Source: Dehalococcoides sp. JdFR-56
GTDB taxonomy: Bacteria > Chloroflexota > Dehalococcoidia > Dehalococcoidales > RBG-16-60-22
DNA length: 56,658 bases
Direction: 5' to 3'
NCBI GenBank assembly: GCA_002011495.1
Contig: MTNR01000001.1
Coordinates: 1-56,658, forward strand
The first letter of the stretch is position 1; each line of letters starts with the position of its first letter. The translations under genes were made by a program, and so were the position numbers. The notes below the pieces were generated by a model, which did no database searches, was not told the DNA's origin, and worked only from the letters and a program-made list of their open reading frames with translations. Positions 47,048 through 56,658 of this stretch are shown piece by piece.

Positions 47048-48741
47048 ACTTGAGCCGCTACCGTTGGAATCTGCTGCCACCGGCTCCGGAAAGCTACCTG
47101 GCCAATGCCTCAGGCTTGCCTCCGCTGGTCATCCAACTGCTGTACAACCGTGGCCTCAGAGAACCGGCAGAGCTACCAGCTTTCATCGCCGCTGATAAGA
47201 GCCTCTCTAGTAGCCCCTTCCTTCTGCCCGATATGCACCAGGCGGTGGCCAGAATCTACCGGGCGCTACTCTCCAGCGAGAACATCGCCGTCTACGGAGA
47301 CTATGACACTGACGGCATCACCGCCACTGCCCTGCTCGTCCAGGGACTTTCCTTTCTTGGTGGCCGAGCCATCCCCTACATCCCCCACCGCCTGACCGAG
47401 GGCTACGGGCTGAAAAAAGCCGCTCTGGAAAGCCTGCGCCAGCAGGGTATTAGCCTGGTGGTCACCGTTGACTGCGGCATTACCAGTCTAGCTGAAGTGA
47501 AGAAAGCAGGGAGGCTGGGGCTTGACGTCATCATCACCGACCACCACACTCCACTCGCCGAAATCCCGCCAGCGGTGGCCACGGTTAACCCCAAGCTGCC
47601 CAATTCAAACTATCCCTTCTCCGAGCTCACCGGGGCTGGGGTAGCCTTCAAGCTGCTTCAGGCCCTCTTTGAGAGCATCGGTCGGGAAGGGGAGCTGGAT
47701 GAACTCATGGACCTGGTGGCCCTGGGCACCATTGCCGATATCTCGCCACTACTGGGGGAGAATCGCTATCTGGTTAAGGAGGGATTGAAATTAATCAACG
47801 CCGCTCCCCGGCTGGGCATCAGGGAAATCCTAAATCAGGCGGGACTAAATAGTAGAGAGAGTCTGGATGCGGAGAGCATCTCCTGGATTATCGCCCCCCG
47901 CCTGAACGCCGCCGGCAGACTGGAGCACGCCATCAGCAGCTACAAGTTGCTCCTCACCGATTCGCCAGAGGAGGCGCACCGGCTGGCGGTGTGGCTGGAG
48001 CAGAAAAATGCGGAGCGCCAGAAATTGACCAGCGCCGCCTTAGCCAAAGCCAGAGAGCAGGTGCTGGCCCAGGGAATCTCCCCGCTTCTCATCGTTAGCG
48101 ATAAGGACTATCCGGTAGGCATCGCCGGACTAGTCGCCAGCCGCCTCTCGGAGGAGTTTTACCGCCCAGCCATCGTCATCAGAACCGGCGAGAAGATGAG
48201 CAGCGCCAGCTGCCGCAGTATCCCTGAGTTCAATATCATCGCCGCCCTAAATCAGTGCCGCCATCTGCTATCCCAGTTTGGTGGCCACTCGCAGGCCGCC
48301 GGCTTCACCCTGCCCACCCGGAATCTAGCTCGCCTGCGGGATATGCTGCTTGAGATGGCCACGGAACAACTTGCCGGAGTTGACCTGCGCCCTTGCCTTG
48401 ATATCGATGCTGAAGTGAGCCTAGCCGACCTCGGGGGTGACACCTTCCCCCTAGCCCAGCAACTTGCCCCCTTCGGCCGGGGTAATCCCATGCCCACCTT
48501 CCTCAGCCGCAGGGTGGAGGTCATTGACCGCCGCACCATGGGCAATGGCGAGCACCTGAGGCTGAAGCTGAAGCAGGACAGCACCATATGGGACGCGGTG
48601 GGCTTCGGGCTGGGCGGTTACCTAGCCCAGATGGCCTCGCCCCTTGATATCGTCTATAATCTGGAGGTAGACCGGTGGAGCGGGGAGGAAAGGCTCAGGC
48701 TCAATATCCTGGACTTTGCCCCCGCGGAGAGAACTAAATAA
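47044..48741 (+). CDS. recJ: ssDNA-specific exonuclease RecJ
   Basis: YGDYDTDG, EGYG, TVDCG, TDHH, PRLNAAGRL, GGHSQAAG, PFGRGNP. Confidence 0.96.
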   Translation: MNLSRYRWNLLPPAPESYLANASGLPPLVIQLLYNRGLREPAELPAFIAADKSLSSSPFLLPDMHQAVARIYRALLSSENIAVYGDYDTDGITATALLVQGLSFLGGRAIPYIPHRLTEGYGLKKAALESLRQQGISLVVTVDCGITSLAEVKKAGRLGLDVIITDHHTPLAEIPPAVATVNPKLPNSNYPFSELTGAGVAFKLLQALFESIGREGELDELMDLVALGTIADISPLLGENRYLVKEGLKLINAAPRLGIREILNQAGLNSRESLDAESISWIIAPRLNAAGRLEHAISSYKLLLTDSPEEAHRLAVWLEQKNAERQKLTSAALAKAREQVLAQGISPLLIVSDKDYPVGIAGLVASRLSEEFYRPAIVIRTGEKMSSASCRSIPEFNIIAALNQCRHLLSQFGGHSQAAGFTLPTRNLARLRDMLLEMATEQLAGVDLRPCLDIDAEVSLADLGGDTFPLAQQLAPFGRGNPMPTFLSRRVEVIDRRTMGNGEHLRLKLKQDSTIWDAVGFGLGGYLAQMASPLDIVYNLEVDRWSGEERLRLNILDFAPAERTK

Positions 48742-48828
48742 GGTCATTTCGAGCATGACCAGCAAAATACTTTTTATCATCATCGCCAAGGTCAATGCCT
48801 AAAAATAAATCTTTTAGGGTTATCAGGC

Positions 48829-49458
48829 ATGAATAGCCAGATACTGCTGTTTCCCGTCGCTCTCATCAGCGCTTACCTTATCGGTTCTCTTCCTTCAGCG
48901 TATATCATGGGCCGCCTGCGCAAAGGGGTAGACATCCGCCAGGTGGGCAGCCGGAGCATGGGGGCCATGAACGTCTTCTACCAGGTGGGCTTCTGGGAAG
49001 GGCTCCTGGTTCTGGCTGCGGACATAGGCAAAGGCGCCGCGGCCGTTGCCCTGGCCCGCTGGCTGGGCACGCCGCTGGTGGTTCAGTTACTCGCCGGGGC
49101 CGCCGCGGTGCTGGGACACGGTTTTACCATCTTCCTCAAATTCCGCGGCGGGAGGGGAGGCGCCACCTGCATCGGCATCCTTGCCTACCTCATCCCCTGG
49201 GGCATACCCTTCTACGCTGCCCTTTTCGGGATAATCCTGCTGATAACGCGCTACCCTACCCTCAGCTACAGCCTCGCCTTCCTCGCCTTTATCTTCACCG
49301 CCTGGCTGAAATACCACTCCCTGGAACTGGTCATTTTCTCCATAGGCGTCCTGCTTCTCCCCGCCACTAAATACATCCCCAGGATAAAGGAGATGCGCGC
49401 CCGAGCAGGAAGCTGGCGGCATGTCTTCCTGCGCCGAAACCTGAAGGACAGATTGTAG
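48829..49458 (+). CDS. plsY: Glycerol-3-phosphate acyltransferase PlsY family
   Basis: YLIGSLP, DIRQVGS..MGA.N, DIGKG, GH.F.IFLKFRGGRGGAT. Confidence 0.85.
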   Translation: MNSQILLFPVALISAYLIGSLPSAYIMGRLRKGVDIRQVGSRSMGAMNVFYQVGFWEGLLVLAADIGKGAAAVALARWLGTPLVVQLLAGAAAVLGHGFTIFLKFRGGRGGATCIGILAYLIPWGIPFYAALFGIILLITRYPTLSYSLAFLAFIFTAWLKYHSLELVIFSIGVLLLPATKYIPRIKEMRARAGSWRHVFLRRNLKDRL

Positions 49459-49470
49459 TATTAAGAAGCC

Positions 49471-50730
49471 CTAACTCTTAGCCGAGCCGGCGGGAGGCAA
49501 AAGCGCCATAATGACGGCACCTCCAATGGCAAGCCCAGCCAGCGCCAGCCAGACGCCCTGATAGCTGCCCCAGTGGTCAAAAACCCAGCCAGCCAGAGGC
49601 GGACCAACCAAGGTGCCCAGTATCCCTATCCCCCAGATGAAGCCGACGATGGTGCCAAAGCTAGTCCGTCCAAAGTATTCCCTGGGCAGAGCCCCAGCCA
49701 TGGTGAGGCTGCCTCCGTAACCAAGGCCGAAGAGGATAAAGAAAGGAACCAGCAGCTCAGCCCCCACTAGGGGAGTAAGCTCAAAACAGAGTAGCCCCAG
49801 CGCCACCAGACCCAGAGCGCCCGCCGCCAGCCGCCGCTTATCAAGTCTATCCCCCAGCCAGCCAAAGCCGAGACGGCCGCCAATGCTGAGTAGCGGGATA
49901 GCGGTGGCCACCAGGCCCGAGGTTGCCCTGGCGACGCCGATGCTGCTTAGGTAAGGCATGACGTGGGTCACCACTGTGACCACAGCGATGAATTTGGGCA
50001 TCAGCCCCAGGGTTATCTTCCAGAAGACCGAGCCTTTCATCGCCTCTCGGGCGCCGATATCCACTTCCTTAGTTTGAGGGGTGGCCGAAACTCCATCACC
50101 CCCCGCTATCTGGCCCCTCTCACCATCCGGCAGATAGCCATACTGCTCTGGCTTGTGCCGCACCACCAGCGAGAGGGGCAGGCCCACCGTCAGCAAGCCC
50201 AGGGCAAGGATGACCACCATCATCCGCCAGCCATAGAGGTCGATGAGCTGGACCACCAGCGGCACCAGAAGACCTCCCGAGCCATAGCCACAGATCATGA
50301 TGCCGGTGGCCAGCGCCACCCGGCGGCGGAACCAGTTGGCCACGGCGGTCATCATCACCGTGCTCCCGGTACAGCTCATGCCGATGGCCATCAGGATGAA
50401 GGCAGCATAGAACACGCCGAGAGAGCCGGTCTGGCTGAGGAGCATTAACCCTAGGCTGCCGATGACCACCCCGCCAAATATCAGTCTCCTTGGCCCCCAG
50501 CGGTCAACCAGCATGCCCACCACTGGGGTAAGCAGGCCCACCTCCAGGCCACGCAGTGAGGCGGCTAGAGAAATCTGCGCGTAGCTCCAGCCAAATTCAG
50601 CAGCGATGGGCTCAAAGACGGCGGTAAATCCATAGAAGATGACGCCACCCATATACAGCGCCACGATAAAGCAGGCGCCAACCACCCACCACCCGTAGAA
50701 CACCCTTGGCGGGCTCCATCTCCGAGGCAT
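49471..50730 (-). CDS. MFS transporter
   Basis: FYGWWVV, GMLVDRWGPRR (motif A), WF.RR, G..GDRLDKR; about 12 TM segments. Confidence 0.9.
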   Translation of the reverse strand: MPRRWSPPRVFYGWWVVGACFIVALYMGGVIFYGFTAVFEPIAAEFGWSYAQISLAASLRGLEVGLLTPVVGMLVDRWGPRRLIFGGVVIGSLGLMLLSQTGSLGVFYAAFILMAIGMSCTGSTVMMTAVANWFRRRVALATGIMICGYGSGGLLVPLVVQLIDLYGWRMMVVILALGLLTVGLPLSLVVRHKPEQYGYLPDGERGQIAGGDGVSATPQTKEVDIGAREAMKGSVFWKITLGLMPKFIAVVTVVTHVMPYLSSIGVARATSGLVATAIPLLSIGGRLGFGWLGDRLDKRRLAAGALGLVALGLLCFELTPLVGAELLVPFFILFGLGYGGSLTMAGALPREYFGRTSFGTIVGFIWGIGILGTLVGPPLAGWVFDHWGSYQGVWLALAGLAIGGAVIMALLPPAGSAKS

Positions 50731-50870
50731 TATGCCGCCACCCCCAGAGGAGCCAAGGCACAAGAATGGGGGTGGAACACCGGCGCTGCGGTGAGGGCGA
50801 TATCAAAGGAGCCTGTGATAAAGGCTGCCGTGCTGGTAATTATGATGTTCATCATTGTTTTCTTAAGAAA

Positions 50871-51761
50871 TCAGGCGCAGAGCGCTTGGACAAAGGCTTC
50901 AGCATCAAAGGGGGCCATATCCTCCACCTTCTCCCCCGTGCCGACGAACTGGATGGGAATTTGAAGCTCATCGCATATTGCCAGCACGATGCCCCCCTTG
51001 GCGGTGCCATCCAGCTTGGCCAGAAAGATACCGGTTACGCCCACCGCCTCGGTGAAATACCGAGCCTGAGCCAGGCCATTCTGGCCGGTGGTGGCATCAA
51101 GCACCAGGATGACCTCATGGGGGGCAGCGGCATCAGACTTGGCGGCCACCCGCTTGATCTTCTTCAGCTCCTCCATCAGATTATACTTGGTGTGCAGTCG
51201 GCCGGCAGTATCAATGATCACCTCCTCAATCTTCCGGCCGCGCGCCGCCTGCAGGGCATCAAAGACCACCGCCCCGGGGTCAGCCCCAGGCTGATGGGCG
51301 ATGACCTCGGCGCCCACCCTCTTCCCCCAGGACTTGAGCTGGTCAATCGCCGCCGCCCGAAAGGTGTCCGCCGCCACCAGCAGCACACTCTTGCCCTCCC
51401 GTTTCAGGCTATGGGCGAGCTTGGCGATGGACGTGGTCTTGCCACCACCGTTGACCCCCACCACCAGCGTCACCCTGGGCGAGGATACCGCACCCAGTGC
51501 CTCCTTACGGTCAACTTTGAGGATATTGACCATTTCCGCCTGGAGCGCCGCCCACACCTCCGAGCCACCGTCGAGCTTCTCCTCGGCCACCCGCTGTTTT
51601 ACCCTCCCGATGAGCTTTTCCGCAGTGCTCACCCCGACATCGGCGGCAATGAGCAGCTCCTCCAGCTCATCCCAGACCTCATCTCCCACCGTTGGGCGGT
51701 CAAACAGCTGCACCACCCGCCCAAACCAGGTCTCGCGGCTGCGCTTCAGCGCCTGCTTCAA
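50871..51761 (-). CDS. ftsY: SRP receptor FtsY (NG domain only)
   Basis: [37 protein letters not shown]. Confidence 0.96.
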   Translation of the reverse strand: MKQALKRSRETWFGRVVQLFDRPTVGDEVWDELEELLIAADVGVSTAEKLIGRVKQRVAEEKLDGGSEVWAALQAEMVNILKVDRKEALGAVSSPRVTLVVGVNGGGKTTSIAKLAHSLKREGKSVLLVAADTFRAAAIDQLKSWGKRVGAEVIAHQPGADPGAVVFDALQAARGRKIEEVIIDTAGRLHTKYNLMEELKKIKRVAAKSDAAAPHEVILVLDATTGQNGLAQARYFTEAVGVTGIFLAKLDGTAKGGIVLAICDELQIPIQFVGTGEKVEDMAPFDAEAFVQALCA

Positions 51762-51786
51762 GAGGTTAGCTATCTTACTTCACCCC

Positions 51787-54072
51787 CTAGCTATTTAGCA
51801 GTCCCTCAAGCAATACCTCAGCGGCCTTTTTATCCAGCGGCTGATTGTTATTGCCGCACTTGGGCGATTGGATGCAGCTCGGGCAACCATCTTGGCAGGG
51901 GCACTCGCTGATCGCCCTTAAGGTAGCTTGCCACAACTCGGTTATCATGTCAAAACCCTTCTCGGCGATGCCGATGCCGCCGGGATAGGCGTCATAGATG
52001 AAAACTTGAGCCCGGCCGGTATCAGGGTGGAGCGGGGTGGAGACGCCACCGATGTCATTGCGGTCGCAGAGGGCAAAGAGGGGCAGAATACCGATGGCGG
52101 CATGCTCCACCGCGTGCAATCCCCCGGCAAAATCAAGCTGCATCTCCTCCAGCCGGGCGAGCACCTCAGGGGGCAGGTCAAACCAGAGCGCCATGGTGGG
52201 AAAACACTGGGGTGGCAGATCAAGCGGCTCCTCACCAATTACCTCGTCGGTGAACTGGGCTTTCTTCTTGAAACCAACCACGGTGGTGGTGACCTCAACC
52301 TCGCCCAAATACACCTTCACCCGCCCCGCGCTTTTATCTCGGCTCAAGTTCACGATATGCAAATCCTCAAGCTCCTTGGTCTGGGTGTAGTAATTGGCCG
52401 TGGTCGGCTCGGCATAGGCAGTGCGGCCAGCCAGGTCAAGCTCTTTGATTAAATAGGATTCTCCCTGATGCAGGTAGATCGCCCCGGGATGTATTTGAAA
52501 GAGGGCGACGCTGGCCTCCACCGTCTCCAGCATTGAGTTGGTTGAGGTGTCAATAACGGCGAAGTTCTGCCCGGTGGTGGAGCGGATACCTACCACCTGC
52601 GCCGGATAGGCGAGCGCTGGAGAAAGATACCACCTTTGGTTGCGCTCCTTAAGCAAGCCCTCCTCCTCCAGCACCTTCCTTTCCCGAGCAAGAGTATCGC
52701 CGAAGATTTCCTCATCCTCACGGCTTAAGGGGCATTCCCAGGCGGCGCATAGGAGATGCGCCCTCAAGATATATGGGTTAGCCGGGTTAACCAGCGCATT
52801 CTCAAAGTTTTTGCCAAAGAAAGCTTCAGGATGACGCATGAAATACTGGTCCAGTGGGTTATCCAGCGCCACCAAGAAGCTCATGGACTGGCCTTGACTG
52901 CGGCCGCTTCTGCCCGCCTGCTGCCAGGTGCTGGCGATGCTTCCTGGGTATCCTGCCAGCACGGTGGCCTCCAGGTCACCGATGTCAACGCCCAGCTCCA
53001 GGGCATTGGTCGCCACCACCCCGGTGAGACGGCCCTCAAAAAGCTCCCGCTCAATCTGGCGCCGCTCCTCGGGGAGGTAGCCCGCCCGGTAAGGTTTAAT
53101 CCTCTCGGCGCTAGCTTGTCCGGTCTCAGCCAACCTCTGCCGGGAGTAAAGGTAAATCAGCTCAACGAGACGGCGGGTGCGGGCGAAGGTGAGCGTGCGG
53201 ACACCGTGGCTCACTAGCTCGGTAAATAAGTTGGTCGCTTCACTGTTGGCGCTGCGCCGAGCGCTCTTCGCTTTATCTATGATGGGAGGATTCCAGAAGA
53301 CAAAGTCCTTGGCGCCATGCGGCGAGCCGTCACTGTCCACCACCACAAAAGGCAACCCAACCAGCGCCTGAGCATGCTCCCCAGGGTTGGCGATCGTCGC
53401 CGAAGAGCAGATGAATTGAGGCGCCGCGCCATAGAGGCGGCACAGGCGGCGCAGGCGGCGCAGCACCCCGGCCACGTGGGAGCCAAAGACGCCGCGATAG
53501 GCGTGGGCCTCATCCACCACCACATACCGCAGCTGGCGCAGGAACCTCGCCCAGAACTGATGGTTGGGCAGTATGCCGATGTGGAGCATATCCGGATTGG
53601 TCAGGATTATCCGGGCCCGCTTTCTTATCTCGGAGCGCTCCTCTTTAGGGGTATCGCCATCAAAAGTGGCCAGCTCCCCGGCCTCGAATAGCTCTGGGCA
53701 AAAGAGCTCACGTAAGCCACGCAGCTGGTCTTGGGCCAGCGCCTTAGTCGGGAAGAGGTAGAGGGCACGGCTTCCTGAGTCATCAAGAAGCACCTCGGCG
53801 ACGGCGATGTTGTAGCACAGGGTCTTCCCGCTGGCGCTGGAGGTGGCCACCATGACATTTTTCCCCTGCCGGGCATGAATCACCGCCTCCGCCTGGTGGG
53901 TATAGAGCGGCAGCAAATGATGCTTACGCAGACAATCCTGAAGCTTATCGGGCAAGGGGTGGTCTAGTTCGGCATGGGCGGCCCGGCGGGGTGGGATATG
54001 CTCAACGTGGGCGATCTGGCCGGCGTAGGTAGGTTGACTCTGAAGATGCTGGAGGAAGGCCAAGGTATCCAC
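51787..54072 (-). CDS. DEAH-box helicase with C-terminal DUF1998 (MrfA/YprA/Hrq1-like)
   Basis: SGKTLCY, PTKALAQDQ, DEAH, SAT, LELGVDIG, QAGRSGR, C-terminal CPCQDGCPSC. Confidence 0.92.
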   Translation of the reverse strand: MDTLAFLQHLQSQPTYAGQIAHVEHIPPRRAAHAELDHPLPDKLQDCLRKHHLLPLYTHQAEAVIHARQGKNVMVATSSASGKTLCYNIAVAEVLLDDSGSRALYLFPTKALAQDQLRGLRELFCPELFEAGELATFDGDTPKEERSEIRKRARIILTNPDMLHIGILPNHQFWARFLRQLRYVVVDEAHAYRGVFGSHVAGVLRRLRRLCRLYGAAPQFICSSATIANPGEHAQALVGLPFVVVDSDGSPHGAKDFVFWNPPIIDKAKSARRSANSEATNLFTELVSHGVRTLTFARTRRLVELIYLYSRQRLAETGQASAERIKPYRAGYLPEERRQIERELFEGRLTGVVATNALELGVDIGDLEATVLAGYPGSIASTWQQAGRSGRSQGQSMSFLVALDNPLDQYFMRHPEAFFGKNFENALVNPANPYILRAHLLCAAWECPLSREDEEIFGDTLARERKVLEEEGLLKERNQRWYLSPALAYPAQVVGIRSTTGQNFAVIDTSTNSMLETVEASVALFQIHPGAIYLHQGESYLIKELDLAGRTAYAEPTTANYYTQTKELEDLHIVNLSRDKSAGRVKVYLGEVEVTTTVVGFKKKAQFTDEVIGEEPLDLPPQCFPTMALWFDLPPEVLARLEEMQLDFAGGLHAVEHAAIGILPLFALCDRNDIGGVSTPLHPDTGRAQVFIYDAYPGGIGIAEKGFDMITELWQATLRAISECPCQDGCPSCIQSPKCGNNNQPLDKKAAEVLLEGLLNS

Positions 54073-54081
54073 GACAGCTCC

Positions 54082-54375
54082 TCACCAGACCGGCAGAATC
54101 TCGATTTCATAATCCAGTATCTCTACCTCGAACCGGCCGCTGATGACAAAGTCCACCACCTTGGACAAGACCTCGTTGGTGTAGCGGTTATCATTGCTCA
54201 CGCAGCAGATGCCAATGGTGGCCAGCTGCCAGTGGTCGTGGTCATCAACCTCGGCCACGGAAACGTTGAACTTGTTGCGCACCCTGGTGGTGATGGACTT
54301 GAGTACCTGCCGCTTACCTTTGAGCGATAGATTCTCCGGCAGGCGAAGGTTGATTTTACACATCCCGACGTTCAT
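54082..54375 (-). CDS. DUF503 (YlxP) family protein
   Basis: SLKGKRQVLKS...KFNVSVAEV...DHWQ. Confidence 0.85.
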   Translation of the reverse strand: MNVGMCKINLRLPENLSLKGKRQVLKSITTRVRNKFNVSVAEVDDHDHWQLATIGICCVSNDNRYTNEVLSKVVDFVISGRFEVEILDYEIEILPVW

Positions 54376-54502
54376 GGCACCCGCTACCTCTAATCTAGCA
54401 TTCCTCCCCAAGAGTGTCAAACGAGAATCACCCAGAAGCTGTGACTATCTCCACCTCGCTAGTTTTTTATTTTGGTAACCCAGCCCCATCACCGCCTAAG
54501 AT

Positions 54503-54531
54503 TAGACAAGGCAGAGGCGCGCTAGTATAAT
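54503..54531 (+). promoter_or_regulatory. Candidate sigma70 promoter for fdhD-tat
   Basis: TAGACA-17 nt-TATAAT. Confidence 0.6.
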
Positions 54532-54564
54532 ATTAGTGCGACCGCTTATGCCAGTTGGAGCAAG

Positions 54565-55377
54565 ATGCGCCGAAGCATGGAAAAGACAGCCGATGAGTCA
54601 TCCGCCAGCGGCCTCACCCCGCGGGTGAACTGCTACTTCTTCTCCGAAGGAGCCTGGCAGGAGGAGGTGGTGTCTGTACCCGGGGAGATGCCGCTCAGCA
54701 TCTTCATCAATGGCCAGGAAATAGCCACCATCCTGTGCACCCCGACCAAGTTAACCCACCTTGTCCTCGGCTTCCTGTACTCAGAGGGAATCATTGATGA
54801 TATCAGCCAGGTTGCCAGCCTGCGGGTCTGCGAGGATGAACCAGTCGCCGATGTCAAGCTGAACGCTGACTATTCCGCGCCCCCGAGGCGCACCCTGACC
54901 TCGGGCTGTGGCAGTGGGGTAAGCTTCGGCGCCAAGGCGCCAAAGGTGAGTTCAGAGCTGGTGGCCACGCCCCAAGAGATACTCGGGTTGATGAAGCAAC
55001 TCTATCAGCAGCAGGAGCTGTTTCAGCTGGGGGGCGGCATTCACTCCTCCGCCCTGTGCGACCGCAGGGAGATACTGGTGCTCGCCGAGGATATCGGCCG
55101 CCACAATACCCTAGACAAGATTATGGGGGAATGTCTCATGCGGAGACTCTCAACTCAAGACCGTATTCTGGTGACCACGGGACGCATCTCCTCGGAGATG
55201 CTGCTCAAAGCCGCCAGAATGCAGACCCCCATCGTGGTCTCGCGGGGCGCCCCGACGGAGCGTGCCATCGCCCTGGGCAGAGAGCTGGGCATCACCGTAA
55301 TCGGCTATGCTCGCTCCAACCGCCTCTCCGCCTTCTGCGGCGAAGAGCGTTTGCTGGCCGCCGTACCCAAAATTTGA
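54565..55377 (+). CDS. fdhD: Formate dehydrogenase accessory sulfurtransferase
   Basis: LGFLYSEG, TSGCG, GGIHS, EDIGRHNTLDK, TGRISSEM. Start may be 54577. Confidence 0.9.
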   Translation: MRRSMEKTADESSASGLTPRVNCYFFSEGAWQEEVVSVPGEMPLSIFINGQEIATILCTPTKLTHLVLGFLYSEGIIDDISQVASLRVCEDEPVADVKLNADYSAPPRRTLTSGCGSGVSFGAKAPKVSSELVATPQEILGLMKQLYQQQELFQLGGGIHSSALCDRREILVLAEDIGRHNTLDKIMGECLMRRLSTQDRILVTTGRISSEMLLKAARMQTPIVVSRGAPTERAIALGRELGITVIGYARSNRLSAFCGEERLLAAVPKI

Positions 55378-55421
55378 AGATTGGCTAAATTGAGGAACAT
55401 ATGAGGTAGGAGGAACGTGTC

Positions 55422-55616
55422 ATGCCATTTCGCTTGGGACCGTGGGAGATAGCCCTTATCCTGATAATCATCCTCATCGTCTTCGGTGTGGGAAAGCTGC
55501 CCCAGGTCGGTGGCGCCATCGGCAAGGGCATACGCGCCTTCCGCAAGGCCCAGCAGGGCGAAGATGAGGAAGAAGAGAGACCCAAGAAAACCACCCGCAA
55601 GAAAGCCAAAAGCTAA
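55422..55616 (+). CDS. tatA: Twin-arginine translocase TatA
   Basis: LGPWEIALI...FGVGKLP...GKGIRAFRK. Confidence 0.92.
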   Translation: MPFRLGPWEIALILIIILIVFGVGKLPQVGGAIGKGIRAFRKAQQGEDEEEERPKKTTRKKAKS

Positions 55617-55697
55617 TCTTCACCACCATCAAGGTTAATCTTGGGCAAGCCTCTTCCTTTGCGCCGCCTCCAGACCGAGGCAGGGTAGATAGTAGAT

Positions 55698-55973
55698 ATG
55701 GATTTTTTCGGCATAGGCTTCGGCGAAGTAGTACTGGTCCTCATCGTGGCCCTCATCATATGGGGACCGAGGAGAATCCCTGAGATCGCCCGGACACTGG
55801 GAAAAACGGTGCGTGTCCTACGCCAAGCGGCCAATGACTTTACTTCCCAGGTAACCAGAGAGCTGGATATTGAGGGAAAGGATAAGCCGGAGAGGAAAAC
55901 CCCACCCGCACAAGGCGGCGAAACCACCGGGATAAGTCAGCCCACCACCCAAGAAGACAAGACCGAAAAATGA
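55698..55973 (+). CDS. tatB: Twin-arginine translocase TatB (TatA/B family)
   Basis: FGIGFGEVVL...WGPRRIPEIARTLGK. Confidence 0.82.
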   Translation: MDFFGIGFGEVVLVLIVALIIWGPRRIPEIARTLGKTVRVLRQAANDFTSQVTRELDIEGKDKPERKTPPAQGGETTGISQPTTQEDKTEK

Positions 55974-56658
55974 GCGACCAAAAAACGAGCATCCTCAGCC
56001 ACCTGCTTGAACTGCGCATCCGCCTGCTAAGAAGCCTGATCGCCATCGCCATTGCCTCCATCATCGCCTTCATCTTCTATGACTGGATATTCTACATCTT
56101 GAAGCTGCCCGCCCAGGGCATCAACCTCGTCTTCATTGAGATGACGGAGATGCTCGGCACCATCATGAAGGTGTGTCTGGCCGCGGGCATCATCTTGGCC
56201 ATGCCCTACCTTGTCTACGAGGGCATCATGTTCATCTTCCCCGCCCTTACCCCCAGGGAGAAGAGGTACGTTTACCTCGTCCTTCCCTGGATAGCGCTGA
56301 TGTTCCTGGGAGGGGTTGTCTTTGGCTACTTTGTACTGATACCGCCGGCCACTAGGTTCCTGGTCAGCTTCGGCGCCAATATCGCCACCCCGGAGATCAG
56401 GGTGGGCAATTACGTCGCGGTGGTCACCAGGCTGCTGCTGGCCACGGGCATCATCTTCGAGCTCCCGGTGATCACCACTTTCCTCGCCAGGCTGGGCGTG
56501 CTCAAATCCCAGTGGCTGGCCAGCCGGAGAAAGGCGGCGATCATCTTCGCCTTCATTCTGGCGGCGATCATCACCCCCACCTTTGACCCGATAAACCAGA
56601 GCCTGGTCGCCATTCCCTTGGTCGTGCTCTATGAGATGAGCATCTGGCTGGCCAGGCT
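55970..56658 (+). CDS. tatC: Twin-arginine translocase TatC (runs off the window)
   Basis: Hand translation MSDQKTSILSHLLELRIRL...PALTPREK...FELP...AAIITPTFDP...LYEMSIW; ATGA overlap with the tatB stop. Confidence 0.93.
   Translation, partial: MSDQKTSILSHLLELRIRLLRSLIAIAIASIIAFIFYDWIFYILKLPAQGINLVFIEMTEMLGTIMKVCLAAGIILAMPYLVYEGIMFIFPALTPREKRYVYLVLPWIALMFLGGVVFGYFVLIPPATRFLVSFGANIATPEIRVGNYVAVVTRLLLATGIIFELPVITTFLARLGVLKSQWLASRRKAAIIFAFILAAIITPTFDPINQSLVAIPLVVLYEMSIWLAR

Noticed and set aside
51787-54072. DISARM/Druantia defence helicase (DUF1998)
   Set aside because: It stands alone among housekeeping genes with no methylase, drmA/C/D or other defence genes. It fits the MrfA/YprA repair helicase.

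Overview
A 56.7-kb chromosomal window from an anaerobic bacterium, most likely Dehalococcoidia (Chloroflexota). That assignment is inferred from gene content: a MesB-type methionine synthase, a Pro/Ala-linker lipoprotein TRAP solute-binding protein and a tandem Lrp regulator. I saw no rRNA, tRNA, CRISPR array, prophage or IS element. Housekeeping genes flank the window: partial uvrA, groESL with a CIRCE element, a dUTPase-like gene, mtnP, mtaB, fabF, recJ, plsY, ftsY, a DUF1998 helicase, fdhD and tatABC. The middle (about 13.9-42 kb) is a patchwork of five accessory metabolic units. (i) An Lrp-TRAP-amidohydrolase-amine dehydrogenase-aminotransferase catabolic cluster. (ii) An Rrf2-controlled sulfur-assimilation operon with an atypical sulfite-reductase-like protein. 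(iii) The most striking unit: ornithine carbamoyltransferase, an arginine synthetase (ArcE)-like protein, an amidinotransferase, a sodium:solute symporter and carbamate kinase, with no arginine deiminase and no ArcD antiporter in the window. I propose this is an ornithine-recycling cycle that strips the amidino group from an imported guanidino compound and yields 2 ATP per turn by substrate-level phosphorylation. This is an inference and is untested. (iv) A Fur-family regulator with a NikMNQO nickel ECF transporter and larEBC nickel-pincer cofactor genes. (v) A decayed GTP-dependent PEP carboxykinase pseudogene. Two small ORFs absent from the ORF track were found by hand.
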